From contig NMRA01000162.1 of NCBI GenBank assembly GCA_002633005.1, positions 1 to 35,909 of the forward strand: a stretch of DNA of 35,909 bases, read 5' to 3'. Under the pieces are notes generated by a model. The model worked only from the letters and a program-made list of their open reading frames with translations. It ran no database searches and was not told the DNA's origin. The translations under genes were made by a program, and so were the position numbers. The DNA is from Phoronis australis (taxonomy: Eukaryota; Animalia; Phoronida). This document shows, in pieces, positions 1 to 11,746 of the stretch (the stretch's first letter is position 1; every line of letters begins with the position of its first letter).

Positions 1-407
1 TACAATCCTTAACTAAGGACAGTCGCCTGTTGTAGCTCGAGAACCTCATGAAGGGGCTTTTTCCAAATATATTTCTATGGTTATGACAATGACAGACGTC
101 ACATGAACTTTTTATGATTTTATTACTGCTGGCCCCTATGGTTGCGCTTTGTATAATTTAATTTCTTTGGTGAAATTTCATAAATTTGGTCGAATAGTTT
201 CTAACCAGGAAATGGTGGTACGTGCATGTTTTTGAATGATTCTAACATGTGCTGTCCCGCCATATATCTAACTTGTGCCCCCACCCCTACCCCTGCCAGC
301 TGCTAACTGATGCTGTGCCCTTTTAACATCCTCTTTATTACCTGACAGTCGTTACATAAAAGTACAAAATCATTTCAATCTGAGTATTGTCACTTCTGCA
401 GTATACT

Positions 408-765
408 CAGTCGCGCACCCAGAAGGGGGGGCTTGGGGGGCTCGAGCCCCCATTTGGCGAAGTGGGCAAAAAGGTCCGCCTCTGAGAAACAAAAATCCGA
501 GAAAATGAGACAAAAGTCCGCTAAACAAGCACAAACGCGCAATTCACAGTGGTGCCCCCGTTTTTTTTCAGTAAGCCCGCTTTTTTTTCCGCCTCTGAGA
601 AACAAAAAGTCCGAGAAAATGAGACAAAAGTCCGCTAAACAAGCACAAACGCGCAATTCACAGTGGTGCCCCCGTTTTTTTTTAAGTAAGCCCGCTTTTT
701 TGTTACCAAAAGGTGCACAAGTCAGGAATTCGAGCCCCCCATATTGAAGGCTGGGTACGCGCATG
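408..765. mobile_element. Non-autonomous DNA transposon (hAT-like MITE) with 5-bp target-site duplication
   Basis: Imperfect TIRs CAGTCGCGCACCCAG (408-422) / CTGGGTACGCGCATG (751-765); ATACT directly flanks both ends (403-407, 766-770); G/C-run subterminal motifs. Confidence 0.75.
475..700. repeat. Tandem duplication (2 x ~113 bp) inside the MITE
   Basis: TCCGCCTCTGAGAAACAAAA...GTAAGCCCGCTTTTTT occurs twice, nearly identical (475-587, 588-700). Confidence 0.95.
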
Positions 766-2038
766 ATACTATTCGCGTAATGGATTTCATCCCAAACTGA
801 TTTGGTCAGTTGTTGTCACATTGAGAATATGGTGACTTTGAATTCAACCCAGTGCCCGCAGGCACACAGTTTTTTACTTAGCGCACATCTCAACTTTATC
901 CAGCTTTTTGTTGTGAAAGGGGTGACAACATCACGCTGCCGGCCAGAGGGAAGATAAAAAATATGGGAGGGGGCACTTACAATATTCGACTTTGCCAAAG
1001 TTTTGCTCCAATCGTGGGACCAAATTTCAGATTCTCCATATGCCCACCTCTTCCATACCGTGGTCGTCGCCAATTTCGCACTTCGATGTAAAACCCTTAA
1101 AAATAAACCGAGTTCTTATAAAAACGTGTTGTTTTATTTCGTTCTTACGGATTTATTGGTATTTGGACACACCGTAGCCTACAAAGTTCGGCAGGCCAAT
1201 AACTCGGGTCCGTAGCAGGAGTTTGGGGTCTGTTCAGAGATAATTTCGAAGTATTTTCCGTGAGATACAGAAAGGAGAACCTAGATTTGTGTTGTTAAGA
1301 CTTGCGATTTTTTGAGTTCTAAACACAAAACGCTTGTTAGCCTCTAGTGGCCCGTGGCTAGGAGCCCGATCAGGCCCGTCGCGGCCGGCCGGATTGACTC
1401 TCTTATCCCCGCCAGTGGCTCGGAAACAGACATCACGAACATAAACCAGTGCCGGTAAACTAAACTTCCAGCCAAGAAAATACTATATTAGTGAGCCAAA
1501 GTAATGTGCACCTGATTATGTTGGTGAATTAGCCACGAACCTGTAAATCTACTTACTCGTCGGGCCGGGCCGCGAATTCTCGTGAGGTTCCGCTTTGGCC
1601 ACAGCACCGGTCAGGGCAGAAATTGTACATTAACAATGTAAATGTAAATAAAGATTCCCCTAACACCTGGCCGTGGGATGGAAATCGAGTTGTTTCACAA
1701 CAGTTTCTGCCAGCAAACACGAAATTAGCATGAGCTCACACGGCCTAGGTGTCCCGTCAATTAGTTTTATTGCACAAGTGAAAGCCGGGTACTGAATGCA
1801 GTGTTTTATTCATTGTTGGCTTTTCAAATCCTTTGCACTCACGAACGCTCCAAAGGCATTACAAATTAAATCTAATGAGACAGACTTCGTTTCAGTTTTA
1901 TATAAGTATTGGTTAAGGTGAGAATAATACATTTTGAAACAGAACTCAGTAATAAACGCCAACATGGCAACTCGAAAAAAGGGCCCACTTAGGACGAGCT
2001 GCTCATCAGTCCCGACTTCGCAGGTGGATCGTTAAGTT

Positions 2039-2353
2039 TTACAGGCTATCAATTCGAACAGGAATACAATAATGAAGAAATACTAGAGAGGCTCCGTGAA
2101 CAAGCTCTGACAACGGAACGTTATTTGGTACTAAGTCGGCATTCGTCAGGCACTGCGACGTCTGCAGGCCACTCCAGACACGGAGATGTTTCACGGCCTC
2201 ATACTTGTTATTTACAGTGTACATTTCTTTCTTCATTACCATGAGCCACTTCCTAAGCATTTCGGACTCTCGAGGAAGTAAAAAACGATATACCCGCTTT
2301 CCTCCTAGCTGCTTAGTTAGCGGGAACGATGTACCGCGACATAGCGGCATTCA
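2039..2353 (-). pseudogene. Degenerate THAP-domain-like ORF (possible P-element/THAP relic)
   Basis: Reads (*)MPLC...YRFLLPRESEMLRKWLMVMKK...HLRVWS...DLVPNNVP, matching the THAP order C-x3-C, FP, W, RVCS-x-HF, LxPxAVP; first Cys position is TGA, third is TGG, HF absent. Confidence 0.45.
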
Positions 2354-2522
2354 CTCTGCATATGAACCACTGACGTCGCTAGCGTCGTTTCTCACCTTAC
2401 AGGTTAACGCGACACCTCTTGGCAAGGTAAGGTCGACCGTATGCGAGGCGATGTGGACCAATTAAGACGGCAAAAAAGACTAATTAAATCGGGTGGCATT
2501 GTCCTTTAACGCCCTGCCGACG

Positions 2523-2618
2523 ATGAGGTCTGTGTGTTTCGTTGAAAGACTGGAATTTGAATTTCGAGGAAATTTACTCAACCAAGCTCTTGAAATTGGC
2601 GATACCGACAATGACAAG
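2523..2618 (+). CDS. ITFG2: ITFG2 coding exon 1 (MRSVCFVERLEFEFRGNLLNQALEIGDTDNDK)
   Basis: ATG at 2523; resembles vertebrate ITFG2 N-terminus (MRSVSYV...GDVDND); 96 nt; GT donor; phase 0. Confidence 0.92.
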
Positions 2619-2875
2619 GTTATGATATGTTCTTATCAGTTCACTAGAATTCCAGGTGGCTTGAAAAGAAGCTGGTGAGACCGGCGTATGAGGCCTTACC
2701 AATTACTTTACGTCCATTACAATACAAATTACCAAATGGCCACAGCCAAGGACCTCTGATCAGCCGTATTTTTTATAGTGCATAACGGCGAGCGGCTGAT
2801 GAGAGCCCCTGTAGTCAGTGTAGTGTATAGCTTACTCCATGGCGTCGGATATGTTCATCGGACTCCAACTAGCCG

Positions 2876-2996
2876 TAGTGTTATAGCCGAGATTACCCGA
2901 CCTCGGGAATCTAACCAGTGACCCCGATTTAACCAGCGAGCGTGCTAACCATTCAGCTAATAGGCAATTGCCCGTTAGCGAGTGGCTATAACACTA
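2876..2996 (-). mobile_element. tRNA-like (SINE-head) sequence enclosed by perfect 13-bp inverted repeats
   Basis: Minus strand has A-box TAGCTGAATGGTTAG and B-box-like GGTTAGATTCCC; flanks TAGTGTTATAGCC (2876-2888) and GGCTATAACACTA (2984-2996). Confidence 0.55.
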
Positions 2997-3152
2997 ACAG
3001 AGGCTCATATATGATTCACCGGAAGCACATTTGCACCCCAAGGCTAGAGGCGTAGCCTTGGAGCAAAGCTGTATGTTAAATATTGTGACGATAGGCTTCA
3101 TACAGCTAGCTGGCTGGCTAGAGACGGTGATGGTCATATAGTTGCTTCATCC

Positions 3153-3204
3153 GCTAGACACTGTGACCACCATCTCTCGACTGGCCCTCGAGACGGTGAA
3201 GCTC
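3153..3204 (-). repeat. Hairpin+CTAG module, homologous to 32929-32980
   Basis: Reverse complement GAGCTTCACCGTCTCGAGGGCCAGTCGAGAGATGGTGGTCACAGTGTCTAGC aligns with GAGCTTTACCGTCTCTACTGCGGCCAGCTAGAGACGGTGGTCACTGTCTAGC. Confidence 0.75.
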
Positions 3205-5451
3205 CCATAACGCTAAATTGTCGTGAGGGACTGTCCGGAGTTGGTACATGGTGCAACTCGGGACGGTCTGGGGTCAACAGAAAACCACAATTCAACTGTG
3301 AGTCTACACCAATGTGACAAACGAGAGTAGTTCTACTTGCTACGTCAGCTGCAGGTATGCTTATCTCTTTTATGACACCCAGTGTGTGATTGGGCAAAGC
3401 GTTTTCAAAATATTGTGCCATAAATCAGCAGAGTGTGAGACCCCTGAGGTCCCTGTCAAGTTCACACGACAATTCTACGTTGGCATTTCATAGCCCGAAA
3501 CTCTTCCGCGAAGTATGCCTCACAATGATTAAAACATCAATTAGTTACGTTGCTATAGGCCTATTGCATAGAGGAAAAACCTTTAGAAGCAGACCGTCGA
3601 TGTCTTTATAATTTGATCTTTCCAACTCGAGTTTCTGGAGTAAAAAAGAAAATCCGACCTTATTTCAAATTTTTTCAGATTCTAGTGAACTATTAGATGT
3701 ATTGGATTTTTCCATTTTCTCGCTTTCCATGCTGGGGAGCACTTTATTTTGAGAGAGGCCAAAGTAAAATAAAACGCGATCCATATTTACAACAAGAGCT
3801 TGAATTTCGCCCAATATTTTTTCATTGAAAGAGGGCATAAAACATGATCCTTAGTGCCCAGGGCTCATTACGGCGTTTTCCCGTTGCTCCCAAGTCCCAA
3901 CTTGTTCGATTCTATAGCCCAACAACAAGTCGGGAAGTTTACCCCTGTAGCCAATATCTTACACGACTGATTAACTCCATTCTGGCATTTATGGTTGGAG
4001 GACCAGCTCTCTTTTGTTGGATAATTGCTCTAATCTCCAATACGATCCTATCTATCCTGACTGGGCTGTGCTGTTAAAAATAAAAGTTAAATTATAACAT
4101 ATTTGAACATAAAACAATAGCATTTCTGAATTCTTCGTCAAATGGTGACCATGTTTAGTTTTTGAATCGCCAAAATCGCCCAACTGTAATGACAAGTTAC
4201 GACAATCTATTCTTTTCGAATACACCAATTCACTCTGGGTTTGACTGTGTTCACACATAAGCCCGGTAGGTAATTGTCCTGCCTGTTGTCATAACAGACA
4301 AAAGGTTGTGCATAGCAGTTAACAAAAAAGCTAGATGTACAGTTATCACACGCTCACCAGCCCCTACGTCTGGTTAAGTCACTGAACGGGAAAACGCTGT
4401 CATGTTTCAAGAAATGTGCCCTGTGCAGAGAACTATCACAGCGACACATCAAGCAAAAATGACAGTTCCCCCATTCCATTTTCATACTCACTTAATCTGG
4501 ACTGTCACTGAAAAAAGTAACAGTCCAGCCAGATAATTACAAACTGTGCCCATCTCAGCAGCACATCTCCACTACCAACATTACATTGACTGCCCCCCAA
4601 GCTCCACCTTCCAAAATTTTTTGGGGTCTGTGAAAACAGTTGTGATTATGTTAGGAGGCAATGTTAGACATTCAAAAGTGCCTAGTGGAAAAAACGAATA
4701 TGGTGGAACTTTCGTCAATGGAAATTACTGGGAGAATAACTGTGAAGTGAAGCTAGTGTTAGACTTATCAAATTTTGCCCAAGGTGACACACTCATAAAG
4801 CCAGTATGTATCTTTTTGGCTTTTAATTGCGCGAAATGGCACAAAAACTTAGCCTTGGGCAAATACTGTGAGAGTGAGATTCTCCATTGAACTGAAAGTC
4901 AGTTAATGTGGCAAATGACAGGAATGCTGGCAGTGTAGTTTAACACTCGACTGTATGTATGACATCTGATGCCATTTACCAGAGAATTATGGTCAAAATT
5001 CTCCAATATAGCCTGAAACTTTTATTAAGGTTTTGCTCAAGGTTGGAACTTGTCCCAAATTCCAGAAATCGGCAGTAGTGGTTGTCTCAAATTCAAGACT
5101 TGCTGGAAAGTGCAAAATTACCCAGTGTTCCTTGCTCTAGATGGAAAAGACATTCGAGAAATAAGATGAATGCTAAAAGTTTTCCTTGTCCCAAATTCAT
5201 GAATGAAAAATTCGGTGTTTGCAGGTGTTTCCATGTCCCAAAGTTTAGAAACTGTTAAAAATGGAGAATTTCTTACCTATACTGCCATAAAATATTTCAA
5301 CTTAGCAGGGATATTAATAACATTTAAAACTTACGTTGTCATTTTAGTGAAAGTTGATGTTTTAAAATTCAACAGTTGTCATCTGAAATCCGGGTTCAGT
5401 TTGATTGACCACATCATTTGGTTTTGCTTCAATCGACGCTTATATTTTCAG

Positions 5452-5547
5452 GCAAATGAGCTTGTAGTTGGAAACATTGCTGGAGAGCTGTCGATATTTA
5501 AAGGAGCCGATCCCAAGCCATGGCGCAGATGTTCAGATTTGGGAATG
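5452..5547 (+). CDS. ITFG2: ITFG2 exon 2 (ANELVVGNIAGELSIFKGADPKPWRRCSDLGM)
   Basis: TTTTCAG acceptor, GT donor, 96 nt; NELVVG...PW...GM motif. Confidence 0.92.
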
Positions 5548-6067
5548 GTTAAGTATTAGATTTTGTTAATGCTTACTATGCCTCTGGATAAAGTTTGCAT
5601 TTTTCATGTTATAAATTTATAGAATCACCAGTCTATCATATAAAGATAGATATCTTATTTAAGAAAAAAACATTGCCCAATTCTCGCTCGTTCTGATTTC
5701 AAACTGTAAAGCTATGCAGTGCGTTAATTTTGTTTTTAGACATTTTTTTGACGTTAAACTAGGCAAAAGATATCGTATTCGTCCATGTAAACACCTAGGG
5801 CACTCAAAGTGGGAAATTCAAATATCTTGTGGACGTCAAGTCGAGCATGGGCGTTTAAAATTTACTTCGAAAGTTGGTAGCCGCCATTTACCTGATTCGC
5901 TCACATGAATGCCTTTGCCACTTCATTCTGGGCTTGACTATTCAAAACCCATAGGGGATAATAAAACAGTTATCTTCTCAACCTGGATCTTAAACCATTT
6001 GTTAAGCTGTGTTCACTTACACAGGCGAACTGGGACAGTTGTATGACTATGAGCAGGGTTCACACAA

Positions 6068-6979
6068 GGTGCTTTCCCATTAGAGGCAAAACTTCACTTT
6101 TTACCTAAGTTTTGGTAAGAGGAAAAGGTTACCTCCGATAGTTAATTTGTAAGCAAATCTTTCTGAAAATAGTAGGATTTGAAAGCGCAGCTTTTTTACT
6201 CACCGAAACTTCGGTGCAGTGGGAAAGATCAGAGCGAAACTTTGTAAAATTTATTGGTAGAGGTCACGGCAACGAAATTCGATCACGCGAGACTTGCAAA
6301 ACGTGTTCTTTGTTATTGTAGCGTAGCCGACGTGCTCTCAATAGACGCACGTAAATAAATAAAAGATAGCATGAAGAATGATACCGATCGTTTTCATATA
6401 TACTCGTAAATGGCAAGAGAGTAATTTTCAGTTAGCCTTGAGCCCACTACTCAATAATCGTTTGAGAGTTTGAATGAACTGCATCGTCTGGTGTTTTAGC
6501 GACAACTTCAATATTACTGTCTCATCAGAAAGGTAAGCAAAGTTTTGGTGAAGCTTCGGTAAATCGAAGTTCCCTTATGAGAAACCACTCAAAGAACTGC
6601 TTTCACTGACTTTGCTTGTTATTTTCAAAAGATGATTGTGTTTGAACAACATCGTTGATGTATTTCAATAAAAATGAATTGCGATTCTTCCGTAAATTTT
6701 CCTCTGTTCATACGTTTACTTGCAATTAGACATAAAACATTTTGAACACCTTGCCTTCATTTCTTTCACTGGTAAAGAAACTGCATTTCTGAGAACATTT
6801 TATAAATTGTTCAATGAGTTGTCACCATTTACCAAAAGGTGTCGCTTTATCAAAAACAAAAAAAATCAAGCAAATGGCGAGAACATACTGATCGGCCTTT
6901 CCTTGTAACAAAAGTTGGAGAGTGATGCAAGTTTAGTAGTAAGAAAACCACAATTAGTTTTGGCAAAGTGAAAAAGGCG
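6068..6979. mobile_element. Old palindromic MITE-like repeat
   Basis: Degenerate ends GCTTTCCCATTAGAGGCAAAACT / AGTTTTTGGCAAAGTGAAAAAGGC and repeated CACCGAAACTTCGGTG-type palindromes; boundaries approximate. Confidence 0.35.
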
Positions 6980-7122
6980 GGAGCTTTGTTTATTTTGCCA
7001 TTTTTTTATTGATATCGAGTCATGGCTGTGGTTTAACGTTCAGTCATACACTGCTAGGTTAGGCAATGCCAACTGGGATTTTGTGTCCCACCACCAATGT
7101 TGACTTTTCTTTGTAATTTCAG

Positions 7123-7164
7123 ATTACTTGTGTTGGAGTTGGTGATATCTTTAATAAGAACAAG
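7123..7164 (+). CDS. ITFG2: ITFG2 exon 3 (ITCVGVGDIFNKNK)
   Basis: TTTCAG acceptor, GTGAGA donor, 42 nt; matches TCVGVGD..NK.K. Confidence 0.92.
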
Positions 7165-8828
7165 GTGAGATGTTACACAATTAAGAGTGGCGGCGTAAGC
7201 TGGGGTTTTGTCACCACTTGTTTTGTCAGTGACTTTGATGAAATATTACAATTTAATCTACGTCGACTTGTATTAGAAATTTTAATTTACTATTAAAATA
7301 GTTAATGTTTGGCACTCAAGGATTTGGATATTATAGAAAAATTGATTAGGGTAGATATATAGGTCAACTGCCATGAGGTCATCCTCTTGTTTCATCAAAT
7401 ACTTCTTTCAACTTTCAGTTATCAGCCCACAAGTATTGTTCAGAATCTTTGATGAGTGAAAAATCTGGTTCTTTGATTAAGGAACGTGGAACTGAAAAAT
7501 CATGAATATTGACTGTACATTGATGTTTTTTGCTTTAAACGTGAATAATTTTTTGCTTCATTTTTTACTTAATAGAATTTTAAAGTGTCAATAAATTTGC
7601 CCTCCATGACAAAAACAACTTTTGATTTAGTGCACTTATCATTATGAAATTGGTCTCAAATTGTTCCTTTGTCAAATTGTGCTTCGAAAAAACTGTCAGT
7701 TCATTGTAAACCTAGAAATCACTTCCGTCATCTAAGTAAGAAATCAGACGAGCTTGCTTCATGGGTAAAATTCTGTTAAGTAGGTTGCTCTGTCGGGAAT
7801 TTTTGTTTTTGTTTGAATGCATTGTCCAATCGACATGAGATTTACCGCACCCACCAGAGTTACTACTCATGAACTCAAAAATCTGTGTGTGGGCACTGAG
7901 TCAAGCACATGTGCTTTAAAACAAAATTTTGAGAAGCTGGGACTTGGAGCTTACCTGAACAGTCAATTGGAAAGTATTCAGATAGCCACTCGGACATATT
8001 GTGGAAAAAAAATTCTCCGTGTAAATATGAGCACACTGTAATGGTTGCCATTTCCGATGGACTCGATGAGTACAACGCCAATCAGCATTGCTCTTGTCTG
8101 AATACTTTTCACACTGTGGGCTCACGTGCTGTTTTCTGTGTCTAGGCATCCGTCTGGGCTTCCGCAGTTGTATCTTCTTAACTCCATCCAGTAGTATTGA
8201 ATATTTTCTGTTATTATACAGTCTGTGTGCCGGGGAACGTGTCATTTATTTTTTCTCAAGCAGTGCGGATATCTGCAATCCAAATTCTTTTTGTCAAGTT
8301 ATGTGGCCAATGTTTTGGAGTAAATAGAAAGTGTGAGACACCAGTATGCAAGTTTCTGACTGTGCAGATCTACCCAATAAATCCATCTGTTGGTAAAAGA
8401 TTTAAATGTTCATAACAGCTGTCAAAACCATTGAAAATCAATAGCCCCGAAACTGGTTGAAAAAGATTTGCGATGTTATTGACGTCGTTTGAAATAACTC
8501 ACATACTGTAGAATTTAGGACTGCTCGCAATATGGTGAACAACTGAAATTTTAAGTTATTAATAAGTAGCACCAAATAAATGCTTTATCATTTCAAAGTT
8601 CAATACCAAACTAACCATTAGACAATGTTTTGAGAATTTGTGAGCATTCACAAAAATGCTCTAAGGTTAAAATGAAAAAAGGTCAGTTTTTGTCCGAAAC
8701 TGATGATATTTCTGGTGTTTGGCTTAGTATTAATAATGTGTTTGATACAAAATTGTCGGTCAATGATGAAACTTGTCATCTGAGGTAATTATTAATATGA
8801 TGTTAGTTGTCTTTGTTTTATTTTTCAG

Positions 8829-8897
8829 AACTATGTGATCTGCTTAAATGCAGAAGGTTGGTGTTATTTCTTTGATGTCAAACCTGATGGGGAAAAA
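8829..8897 (+). CDS. ITFG2: ITFG2 exon 4 (NYVICLNAEGWCYFFDVKPDGEK)
   Basis: Polypyrimidine+CAG acceptor, GTTAGT donor, 69 nt; AEGW..FD motif. Confidence 0.9.
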
Positions 8898-9453
8898 GTT
8901 AGTCATTAATTTTAAAATTTCTTCAGTTATTTTGATTACTTCGCATCTTTTAAGTTTTGTCATGCAAATGAAAATTTTGTAGATTTGAAATTTTTATTGT
9001 AATGTTTAAATATAAACATAGAGTTTATTGACATTTCAAGCTTCACAGATGCCTGGACAATTCAAACAGGTAAAAGTTGTTCCTTGTGATATCTGTGCCG
9101 CGGTATCAAACTTTATAAGGGAATCTGGTTTGAAATTGTAATAGTTTTTTTATTCAATATGAAATTCAAAAAAAACAAATATTAAAATTTACTAATAAAT
9201 GAAGTTCATGTTTCCCAACAATTTTTGGAAATCTTGGGTTATGTTATATGCTCCTTAGTTGTACTCCTGGTGTCCATTTTTAGCGCCTTGTTCTGCGTCA
9301 GTCTAACATTTTGAAGGACTGTCATTAAACTTGAAATATAAGTGGCATTATGGTTTATTCATATCAACAGGCTGCGCTGCTTTTTTTGACTGCGGTTGTT
9401 TTTGTGTGACTGTATATCGTCTATTAAGTTATAAGCTATTTTAATCATTTCAG

Positions 9454-9562
9454 GGAGAAACAGCTGCAAACAAAGATGTGACACACCCAGAAAAAAGTCT
9501 ACCGGTGACATACAAAACCCACCTTCCTCCAAACAGTAAGGTGCTGCTGATTGCTGATACAG
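9454..9562 (+). CDS. ITFG2: ITFG2 exon 5 (GETAANKD...HLPPNSKVLLIADT)
   Basis: TTTCAG acceptor, GT donor, 109 nt, phase 0 to 1; resembles HIPANTKVMLISD. Confidence 0.9.
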
Positions 9563-10009
9563 GTGTGTACTGACAGGGGTCTTCAATTTTGAGAACATCT
9601 ACATATATTTGTTACTTATAATTTGCATTCAGCTCTGTTGTAACATACCAGCTGCTCCTTTCTGTGTGTTTTCATTTTATGAAAAGAACAAGGACTTTTT
9701 ATGTTTTGTAAAATCTACACATGGAGTCGATTTTTCAGTCTCCTCTAAATGGGTGGATATGCTCATTTTCTAGCTGCAGGCCCATCAAAAATGGTCAAAT
9801 AACCTCCCGGTCTTTGGTAAGGAATGTGTGAAATTGTGCATGGTTTGCAAAAGTTTGTAACTAATCTAAATGTTTCATTTCAATTTGATCTGCCATTTCT
9901 GACGTACGATGTTGTGTTGTAATCCGATTTTTTGAGATTTCTCATTACCTTTGTCAATTTCGAGTAAAATTTACTTCAAGCCAATTTTTACTCCATTATT
10001 TGTGTTCAG

Positions 10010-10143
10010 ATGGAGACGGTCGAATTGAGCTGGTGGTTGGTTACTCTGACCGAACTGTTAGAATGTTCCGCTGTACCGAGCCTGTGGATGGGTCGACCAA
10101 GTGTAAGATCGAAATGTTGGAAAAATGGCAACTAGCCGGACAA
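10010..10143 (+). CDS. ITFG2: ITFG2 exon 6 (DGDGRIELVVGYSDRTVRMFR...KWQLAGQ)
   Basis: FG-GAP-type DGDG..ELVVG motif; AG/GTAAGA boundaries; phase 1 to 0. Confidence 0.93.
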
Positions 10144-10910
10144 GTAAGAAAATTTTGTGCGATATGAAATATAGCTTTTTATGTGCTGAGCTGTCATACT
10201 TATTGGAACTTAGTCATTTTATTAAAATTTTGTTTTCAATTTCTTTAAATTGTTCACTGAGTTTAACTTTAATGTTTCAACTTTTCGCAATCATTTGGAT
10301 GATATACACTCTTGCCAGTGTTCTCCAGACAATTTGTTTTGATTTGTTTCTGCACCAAGTTTTGAATTTTACCGTGATTGCGTCGAGTGTGAAAACCAAT
10401 GACACAAGTTTGAAGTATTGGGGGATTAAAGACATTATGGAGTTTTGGTCAAGTCTAATGCATTTATTCCAAGACTTAACACACAAACTCCCTGTAGTAT
10501 GGATGTGGACTTCCAAATACATGCTTCATGTATTTTTTAATTCCAGTCGAGTTTAAATTTTCTGTTGTGGAGAATACTGCTTGCTCACATTTATAAATTT
10601 GCTCCAAATGTTCGTTAAGAGCTTTTGGCTTACCACGCACTTGCGCCTTTCATATGCAGGTTGAAACTGTTTTAATTTTGAGTCATGTTGCTGATGCATC
10701 TAACAAGGGAGATAAATAAAGTTAGCGTCATCTGTAAAACATTGAAAGTATTCTGTCATTATGTGCTGCAACAACTTTATTTTTCGAGAGATTGCCCGTT
10801 TTGTCGCAGTTTTATTGACCAGTTTCAGGATAATGCTAACACCATTCCAAAGTAACCCAAGACTTAAAAAAATAATTTCTCTGTCTTAACAATTAAGCAG
10901 ACTCATACAG

Positions 10911-11078
10911 CCGATTTCATAAAGGTGGTTTAACAAAATCAGGTTTTAGACTTAAACCTGGTCTTCCTAAACCTGGTCTAATTTTAAACGTGACTTGCAT
11001 TTCACCAACATGGTTTAAGAGTCTGAAAGCCTGGTTTTGCTAGACCAGGGAGCTGGTTCAGTAAAACCAGGTTTAAAG
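10911..11078. mobile_element. Fragment of a Harbinger-like MITE
   Basis: Starts CCGATTTCATAAAG, followed by repeated AAACCTGGT/ACCAGGTTT motifs in both orientations; second TIR not visible. Confidence 0.35.
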
Positions 11079-11268
11079 TATCAAAGGCACCCCACTGTGT
11101 CGAGCTGGGTAAACCCAACAAAGAAACTATTGAAGTGCTTCAATGAAACCTTGATCACGTGGGTATACAATGGCATATACTAGTAGAATCAGTGCAGACA
11201 TTTACGAAAAACATCTAAAAGCTTTTCTCATGAGGAAAACTGTAATTTCTGTAACCAACACACACACA

Positions 11269-11746
11269 NNNNNNNNNNNNNNNNNNNNNNNNNNNNNNNN
11301 NNNNNNNNNNNNNNNNNNNNNNNNNNNNNNNNNNNNNNNNNNNNNNNNNNNNNNNNNNNNNNNNNNNNNNNNNNNNNNNNNNNNNNNNNNNNNNNNNNNN
11401 NNNNNNNNNNNNNNNNNNNNNNNNNNNNNNNNNNNNNNNNNNNNNNNNNNNNNNNNNNNNNNNNNNNNNNNNNNNNNNNNNNNNNNNNNNNNNNNNNNNN
11501 NNNNNNNNNNNNNNNNNNNNNNNNNNNNNNNNNNNNNNNNNNNNNNNNNNNNNNNNNNNNNNNNNNNNNNNNNNNNNNNNNNNNNNNNNNNNNNNNNNNN
11601 NNNNNNNNNNNNNNNNNNNNNNNNNNNNNNNNNNNNNNNNNNNNNNNNNNNNNNNNNNNNNNNNNNNNNNNNNNNNNNNNNNNNNNNNNNNNNNNNNNNN
11701 NNNNNNNNNNNNNNNNNNNNNNNNNNNNNNNNNNNNNNNNNNNNNN
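11269..11746. other. Assembly gap (478 N), abutted by a (CA)n run and a LINE fragment
   Basis: N run in the sequence. Confidence 1.

Noticed and set aside
390-764. ORFs 390-764 (-) and 433-747 (+) with repeated peptide
   Set aside because: They are translations of the MITE's internal duplication; no coding signature.
2351-2353. In-frame TGA at a Cys position read as selenocysteine
   Set aside because: Other zinc ligands are also lost and no SECIS is evident; decay is the simpler explanation.
7817-8415. Cluster of overlapping short ORFs with a minus-strand donor-like site
   Set aside because: No recognisable domain and no partner exons for a nested gene.
8700-8783. Box C/D snoRNA-like pattern (TGATGA...ATGATGA...CTGA) in ITFG2 intron 3
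   Set aside because: No terminal stem, very short guide, and only ~45 nt from the acceptor.
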